A stretch of 64,000 nt of DNA from Bacteroidota bacterium (GTDB lineage Bacteria; Bacteroidota; Bacteroidia; NS11-12g; UBA955): contig JAURFW010000001.1 of assembly GCA_030834125.1 (NCBI GenBank), forward strand, positions 160,200 through 224,199, read 5' to 3'. Under the pieces are notes generated by a model. That model saw only the letters and a program-made list of their open reading frames with translations, was not told the DNA's origin and made no database searches. Both the position numbers and the translations under genes were made by a program. This document shows positions 41,032 to 50,997 of this stretch, piece by piece. Each line of letters begins with the position of its first letter. Within the stretch, counting starts at the first letter, position 1.

Positions 41032-42684
41032 TTATAAAGCCGAGATAATAAGATACATCAAACCAGCGACAATTGCAGATATTGGAATAGTTACTATCCA
41101 AGCAAATAAAAGATTCCTTGTTACTCCCCATCGAACAGCACTTAATCTTTTTGTTGCCCCTACCCCAATTATTGCTCCTGTTATAGTATGGGTAGTACTG
41201 ACAGGAATACCCATTTGAGCGGTCATAAACAATGTAATTGCACCTGCGGTTTCTGCGCCAACACCTTCTAAAGGAGTAACTTTTGTAATTCGAGTTCCCA
41301 TGGTTTTAACAATCTTCCACCCTCCACTTAGCGTTCCTAATGCTATTGCTGAATAACATGCTAACGGCACCCAATTTGGAAGTTCCTTAAATTCAACAAT
41401 ATTACCATTTGCAATTAATGCAGCACCAATTATTCCCATTACTTTTTGAGCATCACTTCCTCCATGTCCTAAACTAAAGGCTGCCGAAGATATTAGCTGC
41501 AATCTCTTGAACATATTTGCCATTTTTGCGGCCGTTGGCTTTTTGATTTTCTCTACATAAACATATACCAAAGAGAAAAATGCGAACATTCCTATCATGA
41601 TATAAGTAAGTGGCCTATTATCTGCCTTTGATAAATCTTTATAAAGAGAATCTTGAACATTGAATTTATATCCGGCAATAAACTTTTGTTTTTGAACTTT
41701 TCCTAAATTGATTTTATCCGCGATAGACGAAGCCGTTTTTTCTGGACCAACCATAGAATAATTTTCAAAATTTATTTGACAACTAGAGATTAATAAGTTG
41801 ACTGCATCTAATTTACTCTGCTTGGTTTCGTCAAAAAATGCTGCCTTTTTAATTTGATCGTATTTTAGAAATTTCTCTACTTTCTCACGTTGCTTGTTAA
41901 TTAAAATATCCGTTAAATCTACATTTTCGACAATTTGTTCAGATACCTTTTTACCTCCAATAGATTTATATTCTTTTAAAAATGGCAATGATTCATTGTA
42001 ATGAGAAATTGCCAATTGCATATTTTCTTTATTTTGGGCTACTTCTGGATTTGATTTATACTGTTTCTTATATTTATCTACGCGATAAAATTTAGATAAA
42101 TTGGTTTCTAATCTAACATCCATAAAATAGCTAAACATAAAAAATACGGCAGTTGCAGAAATGAAAATAATGCTTAGTCTACCCCAAATATTTCGCTTGA
42201 TTGTAACTAATGTTATATATGCCGAAATAAGCATTCCAATAATGGGAGCTAGAAAAATAAAAATTATTACTTTTAGAATTTTATCGGAGGCAACAATATC
42301 TCCTAATGGCATCCATCCTTTTAAATTAATAGCATGCATCACAGCTGCGCCAGCAAATCCTCCTATTAACGTATGAGACGAAGATGAAGGTATTCCATAC
42401 CACCATGTAAGAAGATTCCAAAAAATAGCAGCAATTAATCCTGAAAGTATTACTTCTAGAGTTATATAATTGTCCACTACTGTTTTCGAAACGGTATTAG
42501 CAACAGAATGGTCTTTAAACAAGAAAAACGCGGCGAAGTTAAATATAGCTGCCCAAAGAACCGCTTGAAAAGGTGTTAATACCTTTGTACTAACAACTGT
42601 TGCGATAGAATTTGCAGCATCATGAAAGCCATTGATATAATCAAATACAAGAGCTAAAACGATGATTAATACAACTAATGACAT
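41032..42684 (-). CDS. pit: Inorganic phosphate transporter (PiT family) with an internal insertion
   Basis: GFHDAANSIAT, PSSSSH, HGGSDAQK and PVSTTH. Confidence 0.92.
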   Translation of the reverse strand: MSLVVLIIVLALVFDYINGFHDAANSIATVVSTKVLTPFQAVLWAAIFNFAAFFLFKDHSVANTVSKTVVDNYITLEVILSGLIAAIFWNLLTWWYGIPSSSSHTLIGGFAGAAVMHAINLKGWMPLGDIVASDKILKVIIFIFLAPIIGMLISAYITLVTIKRNIWGRLSIIFISATAVFFMFSYFMDVRLETNLSKFYRVDKYKKQYKSNPEVAQNKENMQLAISHYNESLPFLKEYKSIGGKKVSEQIVENVDLTDILINKQREKVEKFLKYDQIKKAAFFDETKQSKLDAVNLLISSCQINFENYSMVGPEKTASSIADKINLGKVQKQKFIAGYKFNVQDSLYKDLSKADNRPLTYIMIGMFAFFSLVYVYVEKIKKPTAAKMANMFKRLQLISSAAFSLGHGGSDAQKVMGIIGAALIANGNIVEFKELPNWVPLACYSAIALGTLSGGWKIVKTMGTRITKVTPLEGVGAETAGAITLFMTAQMGIPVSTTHTITGAIIGVGATKRLSAVRWGVTRNLLFAWIVTIPISAIVAGLMYLIISAL

Positions 42685-42703
42685 TAGAAGAAGTTCTGCT
42701 TAA

Positions 42704-43351
42704 TTAAGCATATTTAACAATGATGGTTTCGATTACATTAGCCACATCTTCAAATTTATCAGTAGCAACTTCCATTACAGTGTAAACCTCACGTCGTTTG
42801 ATGAGATTTTTAAAATCATTTTCTGTGTCGAATAATTCTTTAATACTCACGTCAAAAATATTATCGGCATGATTTTCCAAACTGTTAATTTTAACAATGG
42901 ATTCCATGATTTTTTCAGGACGCTTTAATTCACGAAGTTGCATTATTACATTGCTCACTTCAATTGCTCCCTGACAAATAATTTCTGCTAGCTTTTGAAT
43001 GCCATCATCATTTGGATTTACTCCGTGAAATTGGATTTTTTTGCACGAAGCATAAATGTAATCAGCAACATCATCCATTGCTGTGGCTAAGTAATGAATA
43101 TCTTCTCTATCGAAAGGAGTTATAAAATTCTTACCTAATTCCTGAAAAATCTGATGTGTAATTTCATCATTTTTATGCTCTAAATCTTCAATCTCCTTAG
43201 AAATGATATGGCGCTTATTTCCGTCATCTTCGTAAACAAAATCTTTAAAGCGAAGTCCCATAGTCGATATGTTTCGAGCAGTTTGCTCGAATAAATTGTA
43301 AAACACTTTATCCTTTGGAAGAAAAATGCTGAGTATAGTATTTAGAGCCAT
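42704..43351 (-). CDS. DUF47 / PhoU-like Pit accessory protein
   Basis: LEHKNDEITH, FITPFDREDI, LENHAD and DKFEDVA. Directly upstream of pit. Confidence 0.92.
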   Translation of the reverse strand: MALNTILSIFLPKDKVFYNLFEQTARNISTMGLRFKDFVYEDDGNKRHIISKEIEDLEHKNDEITHQIFQELGKNFITPFDREDIHYLATAMDDVADYIYASCKKIQFHGVNPNDDGIQKLAEIICQGAIEVSNVIMQLRELKRPEKIMESIVKINSLENHADNIFDVSIKELFDTENDFKNLIKRREVYTVMEVATDKFEDVANVIETIIVKYA

Positions 43352-43396
43352 AATAATTATACAAAATTAGTTACTTGCGAATATTACAACTAACAA

Positions 43397-43423
43397 TAAC
43401 ACATATTTAACATTTTCTTAACA
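43397..43423 (-). promoter_or_regulatory. Pho-box-like direct repeats upstream of DUF47-pit
   Basis: TAACA (TGTTA on the minus strand) at 43397, 43408 and 43419, an exact 11-bp period. Confidence 0.6.
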
Positions 43424-43431
43424 TTCAATAC

Positions 43432-44427
43432 TTAATTACGTTTGTGACGATCATCACAATCCATAAATTTGGCCATTTCCCACACCCTGTAAGTTCTAAT
43501 ATTACCTCTGGATTGTAAATTAATACTTATTACATCAGAAAGTGTAACCATCATAAGGTGTTTGCGCAATTTATTATATCTAAAATCTTGCTCAGAGTTG
43601 AGCCCAACGGATTGAATTTCAGGTAATGGAGTATCGCTCGTATTCTTTTTCTTCAAGAATCGTTTACATTCCTCAAGTAAGTAGGGTTTAAGATCTTCAC
43701 CGGCCTTATTCTGAGTAAAAATTTTTATTGAATGAATACCACTTGCGGGTCTTTCACCTTCTAAGCTACCCAAGACATCAATTAGTTCTTCGCTAAATGG
43801 TGATTTCATTCTTTTCATACGCAGATACTTTAAATTTAAATCGATACTATCTCCGTATAATGAGTGAAAATACTGAATATCTTCAAGGACAAGTGATCTA
43901 ACTATTTCCTCGTTGTTAAGCTCCTCTTTTTTCTTTTTGAAATATTCACCATCTATCAAACCAGCACGTGCCTGAGCTGAAAATGAATTTAAAAATAAAT
44001 CACGAAAATCTTGCCAATTCAATAAAGAGTCAACCTTTCCAGATGCTGTAAATCGAATATTATAACTAATGTTTTCTACAGCACTAGGACTCTTCAATTT
44101 ATTTTTACCTAATTCATCGCTGAAATATTCGCAGTTAAAGTCATTATTCAAATCAGATAAACGCTTACAAACTAAATAACTTGTATCTATTTTTACATCC
44201 AAAAACATTTGATTTTGGTTTGTGATATATTGTTGTTGTATCCGTTGAAGTGTAAAAGCTGAATAACAATTCATCTCACTTTCAATGACTTCCCAGTCAT
44301 ATTCATGATTAATTAAAACTGAATCTGGCAATTGCAAATTCATCTGCGAAAAAGCACTGCGAAAAAACAAAAATGCGATAGACAGTGTAAGAATGGACTT
44401 AATATTCAGCTTAATATAAAATTTCAT
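43432..44427 (-). CDS. Hypothetical exported protein
   Basis: 331-aa ORF with a signal-peptide-like N-terminus (AFSQ cleavage site). No motif recognised. Confidence 0.7.
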   Translation of the reverse strand: MKFYIKLNIKSILTLSIAFLFFRSAFSQMNLQLPDSVLINHEYDWEVIESEMNCYSAFTLQRIQQQYITNQNQMFLDVKIDTSYLVCKRLSDLNNDFNCEYFSDELGKNKLKSPSAVENISYNIRFTASGKVDSLLNWQDFRDLFLNSFSAQARAGLIDGEYFKKKKEELNNEEIVRSLVLEDIQYFHSLYGDSIDLNLKYLRMKRMKSPFSEELIDVLGSLEGERPASGIHSIKIFTQNKAGEDLKPYLLEECKRFLKKKNTSDTPLPEIQSVGLNSEQDFRYNKLRKHLMMVTLSDVISINLQSRGNIRTYRVWEMAKFMDCDDRHKRN

Positions 44428-44480
44428 TAGTAATTAGACGAAGTTAACAGAATTGTGTTTACTGAATCCAAATGTTTGAC

Positions 44481-44512
44481 AAAAAAAAGGGCCGTCTGTA
44501 GAAGACAACCCT
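44481..44512 (-). terminator. Intrinsic terminator after rplT
   Basis: Minus strand reads AGGGTTGTCT-TCTAC-AGACGGCCCT followed by a T run. Confidence 0.85.
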
Positions 44513-44536
44513 ATTTTGGTTTAGTTTGTTAATTTT

Positions 44537-44884
44537 TCACTTCATTACAGTATCTAAAACTGCTTTGAACCCTTTTGGATCATTCATTGCTAAGTCTGCT
44601 AAAACCTTACGGTTAATTTCCATTTCTTTAGCGTTTAACTTACCCATGAACTGAGAATAACTCACACCGTGCTCACGGCATGCTGCATTGATTCTCATGA
44701 TCCAAAGAGAACGAAATTCTCCTTTTTTCTTACGACGGTCACGGTATGCATAAGTTAAACCTTTTTCAACAGCATTTTTTGCAACTGTCCAAACATTTTT
44801 ACGTCTTCCGAAGTACCCTTTAGCTAATTTAAGGGTCTTTTTTCTACGAGCCTTACTGGCTACATGATTTACTGATCTTGGCAT
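44537..44884 (-). CDS. rplT: 50S ribosomal protein L20
   Basis: [31 protein letters not shown] and NRKVLADLA. Confidence 0.98.
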   Translation of the reverse strand: MPRSVNHVASKARRKKTLKLAKGYFGRRKNVWTVAKNAVEKGLTYAYRDRRKKKGEFRSLWIMRINAACREHGVSYSQFMGKLNAKEMEINRKVLADLAMNDPKGFKAVLDTVMK

Positions 44885-44951
44885 AATATATTAGTTTAAT
44901 GGCTTGAGCGGCTAATTGCACTTGTAAGCTCCGGCCATGGTTTTCTTGTTT

Positions 44952-45152
44952 TTATTTACCTATACGCAACATAAATTTCACGTTGCTCATATCGGTATCG
45001 TGCACCAATCCACTTTTAGCTAAACGCTCTTTACGCTTTTTTGTTTTCTTAGTTAAAATGTGGTTTTTAAATGCTTTCAATCTTTTTACTTTTCCCGATC
45101 CAGTGATTTTAAAACGCTTTTTAGCACTGGAATTAGTTTTCATTTTAGGCAT
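44952..45152 (-). CDS. rpmI: 50S ribosomal protein L35
   Basis: [21 protein letters not shown] and HILTKK. Confidence 0.98.
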   Translation of the reverse strand: MPKMKTNSSAKKRFKITGSGKVKRLKAFKNHILTKKTKKRKERLAKSGLVHDTDMSNVKFMLRIGK

Positions 45153-45164
45153 ATTAATCTACGT

Positions 45165-45716
45165 TTATTTTTTATTTTTTGGTGATAATAAGATAACTAC
45201 TTTCTTACCTTCTCTTTTTGGCTCCATTTCTAATTTTGCATGACCGTCTTCAACTAGTTGGTTTGCAAATTTCATTAACAAATCTATACCCCTTTCAATA
45301 AATACGATGGTTCTACCTCTAAAGAACACATAAGCTCTAACCTTGTTTCCATCTTCTAAAAAAGAAATAGCATGTTTTAACTTAAAATTTATATCGTGTT
45401 CGTCAGTATTTGGACCAAATCTAATTTCCTTAATTTCCTGTTTAACTGAGTTGGCTTTAATTTCTTTCTGTTTCTTTTTTTGTTCGTACAGGAACTTTTT
45501 ATAATCGATAACTTTACAAACCGGAGGGGTTGCGTTCGGACTTATTTCCACAAGATCCAATCCTTGATCATAGGCCATTTCTAATGCTTTTTCAAAAGCA
45601 TAAACGCCCATTTCCACATTATCGCCTACTAGTCTTACTTCAGGAGCAGTAATCTTTTCGTTGATCTTATGCAGATCTTCTTTTCTTCGTCCTCTTGATT
45701 TAAAATTTGGTTTCAT
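45165..45716 (-). CDS. infC: Translation initiation factor IF-3
   Basis: [30 protein letters not shown] and KEIRFGP. Confidence 0.97.
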   Translation of the reverse strand: MKPNFKSRGRRKEDLHKINEKITAPEVRLVGDNVEMGVYAFEKALEMAYDQGLDLVEISPNATPPVCKVIDYKKFLYEQKKKQKEIKANSVKQEIKEIRFGPNTDEHDINFKLKHAISFLEDGNKVRAYVFFRGRTIVFIERGIDLLMKFANQLVEDGHAKLEMEPKREGKKVVILLSPKNKK

Positions 45717-47628
45717 CTATAACTCTATCGGCAAATACTTGCCACTCCATTGACCCTAAATCAGTTCCACCGTGCATTCTAATACTTAACGACTTAGTAG
45801 ATTCTTCTTTCTCCCCTACAATTACCATGTACGGGATTTTTTTAATCTCGGCATCTCGTATTTTCTTTCCTGCCTTCTCTGCTCTGTGGTCAACAGAGGC
45901 GCGAATATCGGCTTTTTTCAAGAATTTTCCAACTTCTTCAGCATATGCAGCAAATTTATCAGAGATAGGAAGTACAATAGCTTGTTTTGGTGCTAACCAA
46001 ACTGGTAAATTACCTGCATAATGCTCAAGTAGGAAACCAATAAATCGCTCATGAGTACTGAGTGGAGCTCGGTGAATAATGATAGGCCTTTGTTTTTCAT
46101 TGTTCTCATCTACGTAAGATAAATCAAAACGCTCTGCTTGCGCAAAATCAACCTGATTAGTAGCAAGGGTAAATTCTCTTCCTATTGCGCTATATACTTG
46201 AATATCTATTTTAGGGCCATAAAATGCTGCTTCATCCTCAACTTCAACATAATTAACGCCCATTTTGTCCAGAACTTTTCGAACCATTGCCTCAGTTTTA
46301 TTCCACAATACAGGCATATCAATATATTTTTGACCTAGCTTTTCTGGGACATGCTTCGAAAAACGCATTACATACTTATCAATTCCAAACTTCTCAAAAT
46401 GTTTTAAATAGAGTGCATTTACATTCTGAAATTCTTCTTCAAATTGTTGTTCGGTGCAATAGATATGGGCATCATTCATTTGAAGACTACGAACACGCAT
46501 CAAACCAAACAACTCTCCACTTTGCTCATATCGATAACAGGTACCATATTCTGCCATTCTTACAGGCATGTCACGGTAAGATTTTGGCGTAGCGGAAAAT
46601 ATTTTATGGTGATGAGGGCAATTCATCGCCTTTAAGTAATAATTTACACCATCTATCTCCATGGGCGGAAACATACTATCCTTATAATATGGCAAATGTC
46701 CGCTCTTTAAATACATACTTTCACGGGCAATATGCGGAGATTTTACTCTTGAGTATCCTGCTTCATTTTCAATCTTCTTGGCGTATGCCTCTAATTGCTC
46801 AATGATAACGCCCCCATTTGGAAGCCACAATGGCAATCCTGGTCCTACATCATCATCGAATGTATAAATTTCTAGTTCTTTGCCCAATTTTCTATGGTCT
46901 CTCTTTTTCGCCTCTTCCATCATTTCCAGATATTCATCAAGTAATGATTTCTTAGGGAAAGTAATACCATAAATACGGGTTAACTGTTTGTTATTCTCAT
47001 TTCCTCTCCAATAGGCACCCGCGGTATTTAACAGTTTAATGGATTTAATATGACCGGTGTGTGGAATATGCGGACCACGGCATAAATCTGTAAATTCACC
47101 TTGCTTATAAAAAGTAATATTTCCATCTTCTAGGTCTTGAAGCAGTTCCAATTTGTACGGGTCATTCTTTTCTTCGAAATAAGCAATAGCATCTGCTTTA
47201 GTAATTTCTTCCTTAATAAATTCATTGGACTGTTTTGCCAATTCCTTCATTTTTTGCTCTACTTTTTCGAAATCATCACTAGTGAACTTATAATCTCCAA
47301 AATCAATATCGTAATAAAAACCCTGCTGGATTGGAGGGCCAATAGCCAGCTTTATTCCAGGATACAGTGCTTCTAATGCCTCAGCCAATAAGTGAGCTGA
47401 ACTATGCCAGTAGGTACTTTTTCCTTCCTCGTCATTCCAAGTAAGTAAGGTTAAATTAGAAGATTCATGTATAGGTGTATTAGCATCTACCACCATATTA
47501 TTCACTTTTGCAGATAGCACATTTCTTGCTAATCCTTCACTAATTGATAATGCCACTTCCATTGGAGAAATACCATAGGCATATTCTCTTGTAGAACCAT
47601 CTGGAAGCGTGATAATAATGTTACTCAT
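45700..47628 (-). CDS. thrS: Threonine--tRNA ligase
   Basis: TGS domain, HSSAHL, DLCRGPH, RDHRKLG, MNCPHH, FYGPKID and IIHRA. Confidence 0.98.
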   Translation of the reverse strand: MSNIIITLPDGSTREYAYGISPMEVALSISEGLARNVLSAKVNNMVVDANTPIHESSNLTLLTWNDEEGKSTYWHSSAHLLAEALEALYPGIKLAIGPPIQQGFYYDIDFGDYKFTSDDFEKVEQKMKELAKQSNEFIKEEITKADAIAYFEEKNDPYKLELLQDLEDGNITFYKQGEFTDLCRGPHIPHTGHIKSIKLLNTAGAYWRGNENNKQLTRIYGITFPKKSLLDEYLEMMEEAKKRDHRKLGKELEIYTFDDDVGPGLPLWLPNGGVIIEQLEAYAKKIENEAGYSRVKSPHIARESMYLKSGHLPYYKDSMFPPMEIDGVNYYLKAMNCPHHHKIFSATPKSYRDMPVRMAEYGTCYRYEQSGELFGLMRVRSLQMNDAHIYCTEQQFEEEFQNVNALYLKHFEKFGIDKYVMRFSKHVPEKLGQKYIDMPVLWNKTEAMVRKVLDKMGVNYVEVEDEAAFYGPKIDIQVYSAIGREFTLATNQVDFAQAERFDLSYVDENNEKQRPIIIHRAPLSTHERFIGFLLEHYAGNLPVWLAPKQAIVLPISDKFAAYAEEVGKFLKKADIRASVDHRAEKAGKKIRDAEIKKIPYMVIVGEKEESTKSLSIRMHGGTDLGSMEWQVFADRVIDETKF

Positions 47629-47732
47629 TCTAAAAGTTTACAAAGGTCGTTAAATCTGAATAATATTTCAATTATTTAATCATATTAATTGAATGTAACT
47701 TTAACCTATATTTGAGTGAAATATAAATAATT

Positions 47733-48662
47733 ATGAAAAAAACTAAAATTGTCCCAATATTGCTGTTATTAGCAATCTTGTTTACTCCTTCTCGTGCTTA
47801 TGGACAAGATTTCAAAGAAGATAGAATAGAGTTCAATGATACAAATTTTTACAGAATATTAACGAAGGATGATCAAGAGCATTATGGGTTGATTGTTAGA
47901 GAGGATAACGATTATATAGTGCTTAAGAAAATTGATTTAAACGAAGAAACCATTCCAAAGTTTGCCATTAAAGAGCGAGAAATTATAGATCGTGTTAAAC
48001 TGTTTGGGTATAAAACTCACCCTACTCGATATTTATATTCGCCTTCTGCAATCCCTTTGAAACGGGGATCTGGATATTTAAATATGTTGTATTTTTTGGC
48101 ATTTCAAGCACAATATGGGCTAACAGATAATTTAACAGTTGGTATAACTACTACCCCAGCATTTATGCCTACTTTAATTAATGCAAAGTACAGCTATAAA
48201 GTTGACGAAAACTTTTATATCGCTGCTGGTGCACAGGTTGGCAGGTTATGGTATACAAATGAGCAATCTTTAGGTGTTGTATTTGGAACAGCTACATATG
48301 GAAATGAAATTAATAATATTAGCATGAATTTAGGTTGGGGATTTTACGGAAAATCTAATGAAAACCTACCAATGGCCACAATAAGTTGGGCATACAAATC
48401 TACCGATAAAGTTCAATTTATAGGTGAATTTTGGGGATTATTTCATGCTAAAGGTGCACCAACCTTTTTGGGTGGACCCGCCTTAAGAATTAAATCAGGA
48501 AAGAATTTATTCTTCGATGTTGGAGTAGTTGGATTCTCTACAGAAATAACTGAGACAGAAGAAACTTTTGATCCAATAACTAATGTTACAACTAAAGTAA
48601 CTAAATCGGAAATTTTAACACGCTTACCACTTCCATTTGTGGGCTTTAGTTTAACCTTATAA
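47733..48662 (+). CDS. Hypothetical exported protein, probable outer-membrane beta-barrel
   Basis: Signal peptide (AYG|Q), RYLYSPSAIPL, Gly/aromatic-rich strands and a terminal LPFVGFSLTL. A -7 box TATATTTG lies upstream. Confidence 0.65.
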   Translation: MKKTKIVPILLLLAILFTPSRAYGQDFKEDRIEFNDTNFYRILTKDDQEHYGLIVREDNDYIVLKKIDLNEETIPKFAIKEREIIDRVKLFGYKTHPTRYLYSPSAIPLKRGSGYLNMLYFLAFQAQYGLTDNLTVGITTTPAFMPTLINAKYSYKVDENFYIAAGAQVGRLWYTNEQSLGVVFGTATYGNEINNISMNLGWGFYGKSNENLPMATISWAYKSTDKVQFIGEFWGLFHAKGAPTFLGGPALRIKSGKNLFFDVGVVGFSTEITETEETFDPITNVTTKVTKSEILTRLPLPFVGFSLTL

Positions 48663-48720
48663 TTTTTTTTCTAAACTAGTATTGGAGGAGCAAAATCTTT
48701 GTTATATTTGCACCCCCAAC

Positions 48721-48807
48721 GGTGAGATGGGTGAGTGGCTGAAACCAGCAGTTTGCTAAACTGCCGAACGGGTAACCGTTCCGGGGGTTCGAATCCCCCT
48801 CTCACCG
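48721..48807 (+). tRNA. tRNA-Ser(GCT)
   Basis: GGTGAGA/TCTCACC acceptor stem, GCAGT-TTGCTAA-ACTGC anticodon arm, long variable arm and GGTTCGAATCC. CCA is not encoded. A -7 box TATATTTG lies at 48703-48710. Confidence 0.97.
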
Positions 48808-48817
48808 CGAAATCATG

Positions 48818-48840
48818 AGCCCCAAAAGGGGCTTTTTGTT
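48818..48840 (+). terminator. Intrinsic terminator after tRNA-Ser
   Basis: AGCCCC-AAAA-GGGGCT-TTTTGTT. Confidence 0.8.
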
Positions 48841-49005
48841 TATTCGGAATAAAGGGGTGATTTATTTTTGGCTACTTCAGGCAAATATTAGTATTTTAAT
48901 AAATCAAAAATTATTTTATTCAACACTAAATTATAATCTAAATCATTGCATTCTTCGATTAATATCAATCTTTTTTCGAATTAGAATATTCACGATCTTT
49001 GTCTT

Positions 49006-49920
49006 GTGAGAATCGTATTTTTTGGAACACCGGAGTTTGCTGCTTTTTCATTACAAAGAATAATTAATGAAGGATTTAACGTTGTTGGTGTTGTAACTAC
49101 TCCTGATAAACCATCGGGAAGAGGAAGGAAACTAAAAGGAAGTGAAGTAAAAGATGTTGCTCTTAAAAATGGGTTACCAATATTGCAGCCTTTAAATTTA
49201 AAGTCAAACGATTTTCAAAACAAATTACAATTATTAAATGCGGATCTTGGTGTAGTTATTGCTTTCAGAATGTTACCGGAGTCGGTTTGGTCTATGCCCA
49301 AAATGGGTACCGTAAATTTACATGGATCTTTACTTCCTCAATACAGAGGAGCTGCACCCATACAACATGTTATTATAAATGGAGAAACTGAAACAGGAGT
49401 AACTACTTTTTTTCTAAAACATGAAATAGATACAGGTAACTTAATTTTAAGAAAGGCAATATCCATTTCAGAGGAAATAACAGCAGGGGAATTATACCGA
49501 GAACTAATGTATTTAGGTGCTAATGTTGTGATTGAAACGCTAGAACTAATTTCAAAACATGGAATCAACACCCCTCAAGAACCCCAGGATGAATCTGTAA
49601 ATTTAAAAACTGCACCAAAAATCAACCGTGAATTTTGCAGGATTAATTTAAATAATTCGGCAATAGAGATTAATAATCTTATTAGAGGTTTGTCTCCATA
49701 CCCGTCGGCTTGGATAGAAGATGAAGAGTTTGGTGAATTAAAAATAATTAGAAGTTCTATTATCTCTAAAACAAACGAATCAAATAATAAAGGGTTACAG
49801 ATTGTTGATAATCGATTATTACTATACTTTAGAGATGGAATACTCGAAATTACTGAAATAAAACCTAGCGGGAAAGGCATAATGAAGGGCAAAGATTTTG
49901 TAAACGGATTAAAAAACTGA
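49006..49920 (+). CDS. fmt: Methionyl-tRNA formyltransferase
   Basis: RIVFFGTPEFA, PDKPSGRG, NLHGSLLPQYRGAAPI and RGLSPYP. GTG start. Confidence 0.97.
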   Translation: MRIVFFGTPEFAAFSLQRIINEGFNVVGVVTTPDKPSGRGRKLKGSEVKDVALKNGLPILQPLNLKSNDFQNKLQLLNADLGVVIAFRMLPESVWSMPKMGTVNLHGSLLPQYRGAAPIQHVIINGETETGVTTFFLKHEIDTGNLILRKAISISEEITAGELYRELMYLGANVVIETLELISKHGINTPQEPQDESVNLKTAPKINREFCRINLNNSAIEINNLIRGLSPYPSAWIEDEEFGELKIIRSSIISKTNESNNKGLQIVDNRLLLYFRDGILEITEIKPSGKGIMKGKDFVNGLKN

Positions 49921-50057
49921 GTGAAATAATATAAAGAAATTTGGTTTTTTGTTTTTTGTTTTGTAATATGCAAAATCAATTTTAATCAAAAACGCCTATA
50001 AGCCATAATACTACCTAAAAATAAACCACAGTTTTACTAACTAAAAGGAGGTATATT

Positions 50058-50639
50058 ATGACTAAAACATTGATTCAAGACGGCGTTCTTATTAAGCGCT
50101 ATTTAGAAGGAAACCAAGCTGCATTTGAAACCTTGGTGCAACGTCACAAGATGAGAATTTTTACTAGCGTATTAGCAGTAGTAAATGATCATTATCTTGC
50201 GGAAGATATTTTCCAAGAAACCTTTATCAAAATTATTAAGTCAGTAAAATCTGGAAAGTATAACCATGAGGATAAATTCCTACCATGGGCATTAAGAATA
50301 GCAAGAAACCTAGCAATTGATAGCATTCGAGTAAAAAAGAGAATGCCAAATGTTGTAAACTCTGATGGATACGACCTATTTGAAACTTTGAATATTTACG
50401 CACCATCACAAGAAGATCTACAAGTACAAAAGGAAGAAACACGTTTGCTACACAGCTGGATTAACGACCTACCTTTGGAACAAAGAGAAGTTTTAATTCT
50501 TCGCAATTATGCAGATTTAAGTTTTAAAGAAATTGCTGCTATTACGGACACCAATATTAATACTTGCATAGGCCGCATGCATTACGCAATTATCAACTTA
50601 AGAAAAATGATGGAAAAAAGTTCTGTCAAGATAAAATAA
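50058..50639 (+). CDS. ECF-type RNA polymerase sigma factor
   Basis: AFETLVQRH, AEDIFQETF, WALRIARN..ID, and region 4 LPLEQREVLILR..DLSFKEIA. Confidence 0.93.
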   Translation: MTKTLIQDGVLIKRYLEGNQAAFETLVQRHKMRIFTSVLAVVNDHYLAEDIFQETFIKIIKSVKSGKYNHEDKFLPWALRIARNLAIDSIRVKKRMPNVVNSDGYDLFETLNIYAPSQEDLQVQKEETRLLHSWINDLPLEQREVLILRNYADLSFKEIAAITDTNINTCIGRMHYAIINLRKMMEKSSVKIK

Positions 50640-50685
50640 AAATTGAGCCTCGGCGTTATTCATATGTAAAACAAATATTTTGCGT

Positions 50686-50913
50686 ATGATTAAAACTATT
50701 ACACAATCCGATCTCATTTGCTATTTTTACGGAGAAATTGATGCGCAAACTAAGGATTACATCGATAACAATATTGATTTTAATCCTGATTGGGTAACCT
50801 TACTTAATGATTTAAAAGAAATCAAAGATTCGGTTCGATTAGAAGCCCCAAGTAGCTCAAATATTCAAATAATATTAGAGGAAAGTTTGTTAGAGGAAAA
50901 TCATTCGTTTTAA
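50686..50913 (+). CDS. Small hypothetical protein downstream of the ECF sigma factor
   Basis: 75-aa ORF (MIKTITQSDLICYFYGE) between the sigma gene and a terminator. Confidence 0.7.
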   Translation: MIKTITQSDLICYFYGEIDAQTKDYIDNNIDFNPDWVTLLNDLKEIKDSVRLEAPSSSNIQIILEESLLEENHSF

Positions 50914-50931
50914 TAGACACTTGATGAGATC

Positions 50932-50962
50932 AAAAAAAGGCGGTATTAACCGCCTTTTTTTT
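50932..50962 (+). terminator. Intrinsic terminator (potentially bidirectional)
   Basis: AAAAAAAGGCGGT-ATTA-ACCGCCTTTTTTTT. Confidence 0.9.
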
Positions 50963-50997
50963 ATTTGAGCAAATCAATAAATTATTAACTTTGAGAC

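Noticed and set aside
41016..41033. AAAAAGGG-G-CCCTTTTT between clpB and pit
   Set aside because: Possibly a bidirectional terminator remnant, but the GC stem is too short to call once a viable loop is allowed.
48815..49009. 64-aa ORF between tRNA-Ser and fmt
   Set aside because: It starts within the tRNA terminator region and has AT-rich, non-protein-like composition.
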